From Podospora anserina (lineage: Eukaryota), in contig JAFMPO010000001.1 in the NCBI GenBank assembly GCA_017654855.1, forward strand, positions 682,001-746,000: a DNA stretch of 64,000 nt, written 5' to 3'. This document shows, in pieces, positions 61,163-64,000 of this stretch. The first letter of the stretch is position 1, and every line of letters begins with the position of its first letter. The notes beneath the pieces are model-generated. The model had not been told where the DNA came from and did not search any database. It saw only the letters and a list, made by a program, of their open reading frames with translations. A program made the position numbers and the translations under genes.

Positions 61163-62084
61163 GGTGACGGTTGGAGGAACGCGTCGGGACAGCGCCCCTT
61201 ATACAATGCTCCTGCATTTGTGTCGGGATGGCGTGTCCGGTGCAGACAAGTGCGGGAGAGAAGAAGTGTAAATTCCGCCTCCTCCGACAGCGAATTCCCC
61301 AATCAACCAGACCGCTTGCTCAACAATGTCCAGCGATCGGATTTTACGTCGCTCCGCTACCCGATCATGGGAACATGGGGGGAAGGCCAAGCAGTGGCAG
61401 GCTGGGAGCTCAATGGTAATGCGGGCGAGTGGTCCCCTGTTTTTGCCGCTAACCATTCTCCCAAAAGTACCCGAACGATGACGTTGCAAGCCGAGACTGG
61501 AGACTGCCTGGGGACAGACCCCTGTGAGAATCGAGAATCGAGAGCGAGCGGCCAGCCAAAAGGAAGAATTCCGGGTCCAACCGAGGGTGAGAAGCTCAAC
61601 ACCGCCCCAGTCTTTTTCCAACAACCCTCAAGTTTGCTGTTGTACCTAACCAGCCACCAGCCTGACGAATAACGCGACCAGATAGATATGCATCCATGAC
61701 ATTGAACGACTCGGCGATATACAAACTCCGGCATAACTGCGCAATTTGAATTGGTTGCATCTGCACTGCGACGGCCCTCTGACGCGGTTGGCGCTCTCTA
61801 CCTATTATCAACAGCTGACCGCTGGCTGGTTGACTGCGCATAGGGATAAGCTCAGCCAGCCCCTTGCCTACCCCCCCCCCTTACCTTAGGTAACCTAGAG
61901 AAATTCCAGCTTCTCAACGACCACCAACAAGCGCCACGCGCCCGCCGCGCGCAAACAACACTGATTGAACCGAAATCCTAACGAACACACAATCCTCACC
62001 TTCGGAGTTCGATTCCCGACTCCGACTCCCTCCGGTCCGCTCCCCGCCCTTCCCCCCCATCCGGCGGCCGGAACGAATCAGACC

Positions 62085-63383
62085 ATGGCCGATACCCTTG
62101 ACTCCATTGTCAAAGGCGCCCCCCTCTCCTCTGCGGCCGGCCTCACCTCCCGCAATGACCTCTCCAAAACAAGCGGTGTTACTGCCGAACCGGGCCCAGG
62201 AGGCGCAGATGAGAAATCATCGTCGCCAACGGGAGATCCCCTCTCTCACACGCCGTCCTCCCCATCCATGATCTACCTCAACCTTTTGATACTCGAAGCC
62301 TCCCTGCGCGTGCAGTATCTCGAGCTCCGCGCCCGGCGCCGGCATCACACTTTCTTTCTCTCGCTGCTCACGATATGGACGGCTGGGTTTGGGTACGCAC
62401 TCTTTCTGGCACCAAGAGAAGACGGCTCGGGCGTGGGCGGATCGGTATACTGGATGGTGGAAACAACAGAAAGGATGTGCTTCCTAGGTGGCGTCATGAC
62501 CGGACTGCTCGTCTGGCTGACTGGGATCTGGGAAAGGGGCGTGAGGTGGCCGAGAAGGTGGTTTACGGTCAGCAACAGGGGGCTGAGGGGGTTCAACTGT
62601 AAGTTGGTGGTTATGAAAAGGCCATGGTGGAAGGAGGCGCTGAGCACAATCGGCTGGTTTTTGACGTATGGTGTGTTTTCGAACAATGGGAGTTCTTACC
62701 GGTTTGTGGACCCGACCGTGTTGAGGGAGGTGGATAGGGAGTTGAATTTGAGCAAGGACTCGCATCCGAGTGTACATGTCACAAATTGGGATGAGGAAAA
62801 GGGGGGGCATGAAGAGGACCTGGCGCCGGGTGGGGATTATGTCAAGCTTCTGCTGCTGGCGAAGCCGTTCTCGCCCAGCTTCCGGGAGAACTGGGAGTTG
62901 TACAGGGCGGAGTACTGGGAAAGGGAGAACGAAAGGCGTGCTTTGTTGAGGGTGAAGCTTAAGGAGAGGGACCTCAGGCTGCGAAGGGAACACGGGGGTT
63001 GGCTTTGGTGGCTTCCCTGGCGCAAGGTGGTGGACAAACCGTCGCAGCACCATCCCGAGAAGGTAGCCCATCATCCACACCACCCTCGCCATGCGGCAGT
63101 ATTGGATGAACACAAGCGGACGAGGAGCGGGAGTGGCACCATGAGAAGAGGAAGCATGAACCTGGGAACACCAGGATCGCGAAGCACGACACCGACGCTC
63201 GAGGTTGACGACCAATATCTCGGTGTCACACGAAAGGCAAGCACATCTTCTACGGCGTCTGAAAAGAAGCGAAAGAAGCTAGGCTCGGCCAGCAAAACAC
63301 GACCCCGTGTGGAATCGAGGTCGGTGACGCCCGAAATAACGTCGCCCTTGGCCAAAGAGTCGACGCCGACGAAAAGAGTATAG
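62085..63383 (+). CDS. SPO7: Spo7, regulatory subunit of the Nem1-Spo7 lipin phosphatase
   Basis: IYLNLLILEASLR.QYLELRARRR..TFFL, two TM segments, PRRW....NRGLRGFN.KL and VKLLL..K.F...FRE.WELYR.EYW.RE. Confidence 0.92.
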   Translation: MADTLDSIVKGAPLSSAAGLTSRNDLSKTSGVTAEPGPGGADEKSSSPTGDPLSHTPSSPSMIYLNLLILEASLRVQYLELRARRRHHTFFLSLLTIWTAGFGYALFLAPREDGSGVGGSVYWMVETTERMCFLGGVMTGLLVWLTGIWERGVRWPRRWFTVSNRGLRGFNCKLVVMKRPWWKEALSTIGWFLTYGVFSNNGSSYRFVDPTVLREVDRELNLSKDSHPSVHVTNWDEEKGGHEEDLAPGGDYVKLLLLAKPFSPSFRENWELYRAEYWERENERRALLRVKLKERDLRLRREHGGWLWWLPWRKVVDKPSQHHPEKVAHHPHHPRHAAVLDEHKRTRSGSGTMRRGSMNLGTPGSRSTTPTLEVDDQYLGVTRKASTSSTASEKKRKKLGSASKTRPRVESRSVTPEITSPLAKESTPTKRV

Positions 63384-64000
63384 ATCATGTCGATCAAGTT
63401 TCTGAGAAGAGTTTTGGGTTTGAAATGCTGCTTCTAGCGGCTGGCTGCATTGCACACAGATAGACCTGCTTGGTTGAGCGAGCATGCTTTCGTTACTACC
63501 CTGAATGCAATGCCTTGAGGCGGTGCCTATGTTGTCGATGTTTTTACTTGGTTGTCCAACGAAGTACGATGCAAGGTACCAGCTGAATAGCTCTAATTCA
63601 ACTCCTCCATAAGATTTGGGTATTACTCTCGACTCCTCAACTGAACAACACATCCTGGGTGGATTTAATGAAGATGGGCATTCTTTTAGGTGGTTCTCTA
63701 TCGAGTTGGAGACGTTATCCTTTTATGTAAGACGGTGCATCAAAGCTCCCAACTTCTTTCACTGCGCCCTTGTGGTATAAAGTCTCTGGACTGGCTAAGC
63801 TGCAGGTGACATGCCGCCGCCCCACACTGCTGCCTGCCACTCAACTGTTCCCTTGCGGCAGGTTAGGTCTGCATCTCACTTGAGTCGAGAGCCACAGGCA
63901 TAGCGGACGTTCATCTCACCAATTCACACCGTCGACTTCAGTAATCCTCTATCAGGAGATTTTTTTTTGCTCACTATATACCTACGTGGCGCGACACCAT

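Noticed and set aside
1-64000. Intact transposons, RIP-degraded AT-rich repeats, CRISPR arrays, TGA-CTA readthrough signals or editing-correctable premature TAGs
   Set aside because: None seen. All split ORFs are explained by canonical introns, and the stop contexts checked lack the readthrough motif.

Overview
This is gene-dense, intron-containing euchromatin from a filamentous ascomycete (Sordariales). Intron signals (GTRNGT/CTRAC/YAG) and purine-rich gene 3' ends suggest a Podospora-like genome; that placement is an inference. I can support 16 protein-coding genes, in order: WSC-type cell-wall sensor, cytoplasmic dynein heavy chain, MULE/FAR1-domain Gln-rich protein, gamma-tubulin complex GCP4-like protein, senescence/spartin-domain protein, Zn2Cys6 transcription factor, an orphan 3-exon gene, Hos3-type histone deacetylase, GPI-anchored Cys-repeat protein, 2EXR-domain protein, queuine tRNA-ribosyltransferase, mitoribosomal MRP51, 40S protein S17, Rtr1/RPAP2 phosphatase, Bbc1-like SH3 protein, and a Cld1-like hydrolase facing Spo7 head-to-head. 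I found no tRNA, rRNA, CRISPR or intact transposon. The best novel signal is at the Zn2Cys6 factor. It appears to have a hidden 106-codon N-terminal extension starting at a non-AUG (AUU) codon in near-perfect Kozak context. This sits within a 1.3-kb AUG-free leader and is followed by an out-of-frame uORF whose stop overlaps the annotated AUGs. Other signals are a hidden symmetric cassette exon in the WSC sensor, a domesticated Mutator-type DNA-binding protein with pentapeptide Gln repeats, and an orphan gene. All calls come from reading the sequence; no database searches were run.
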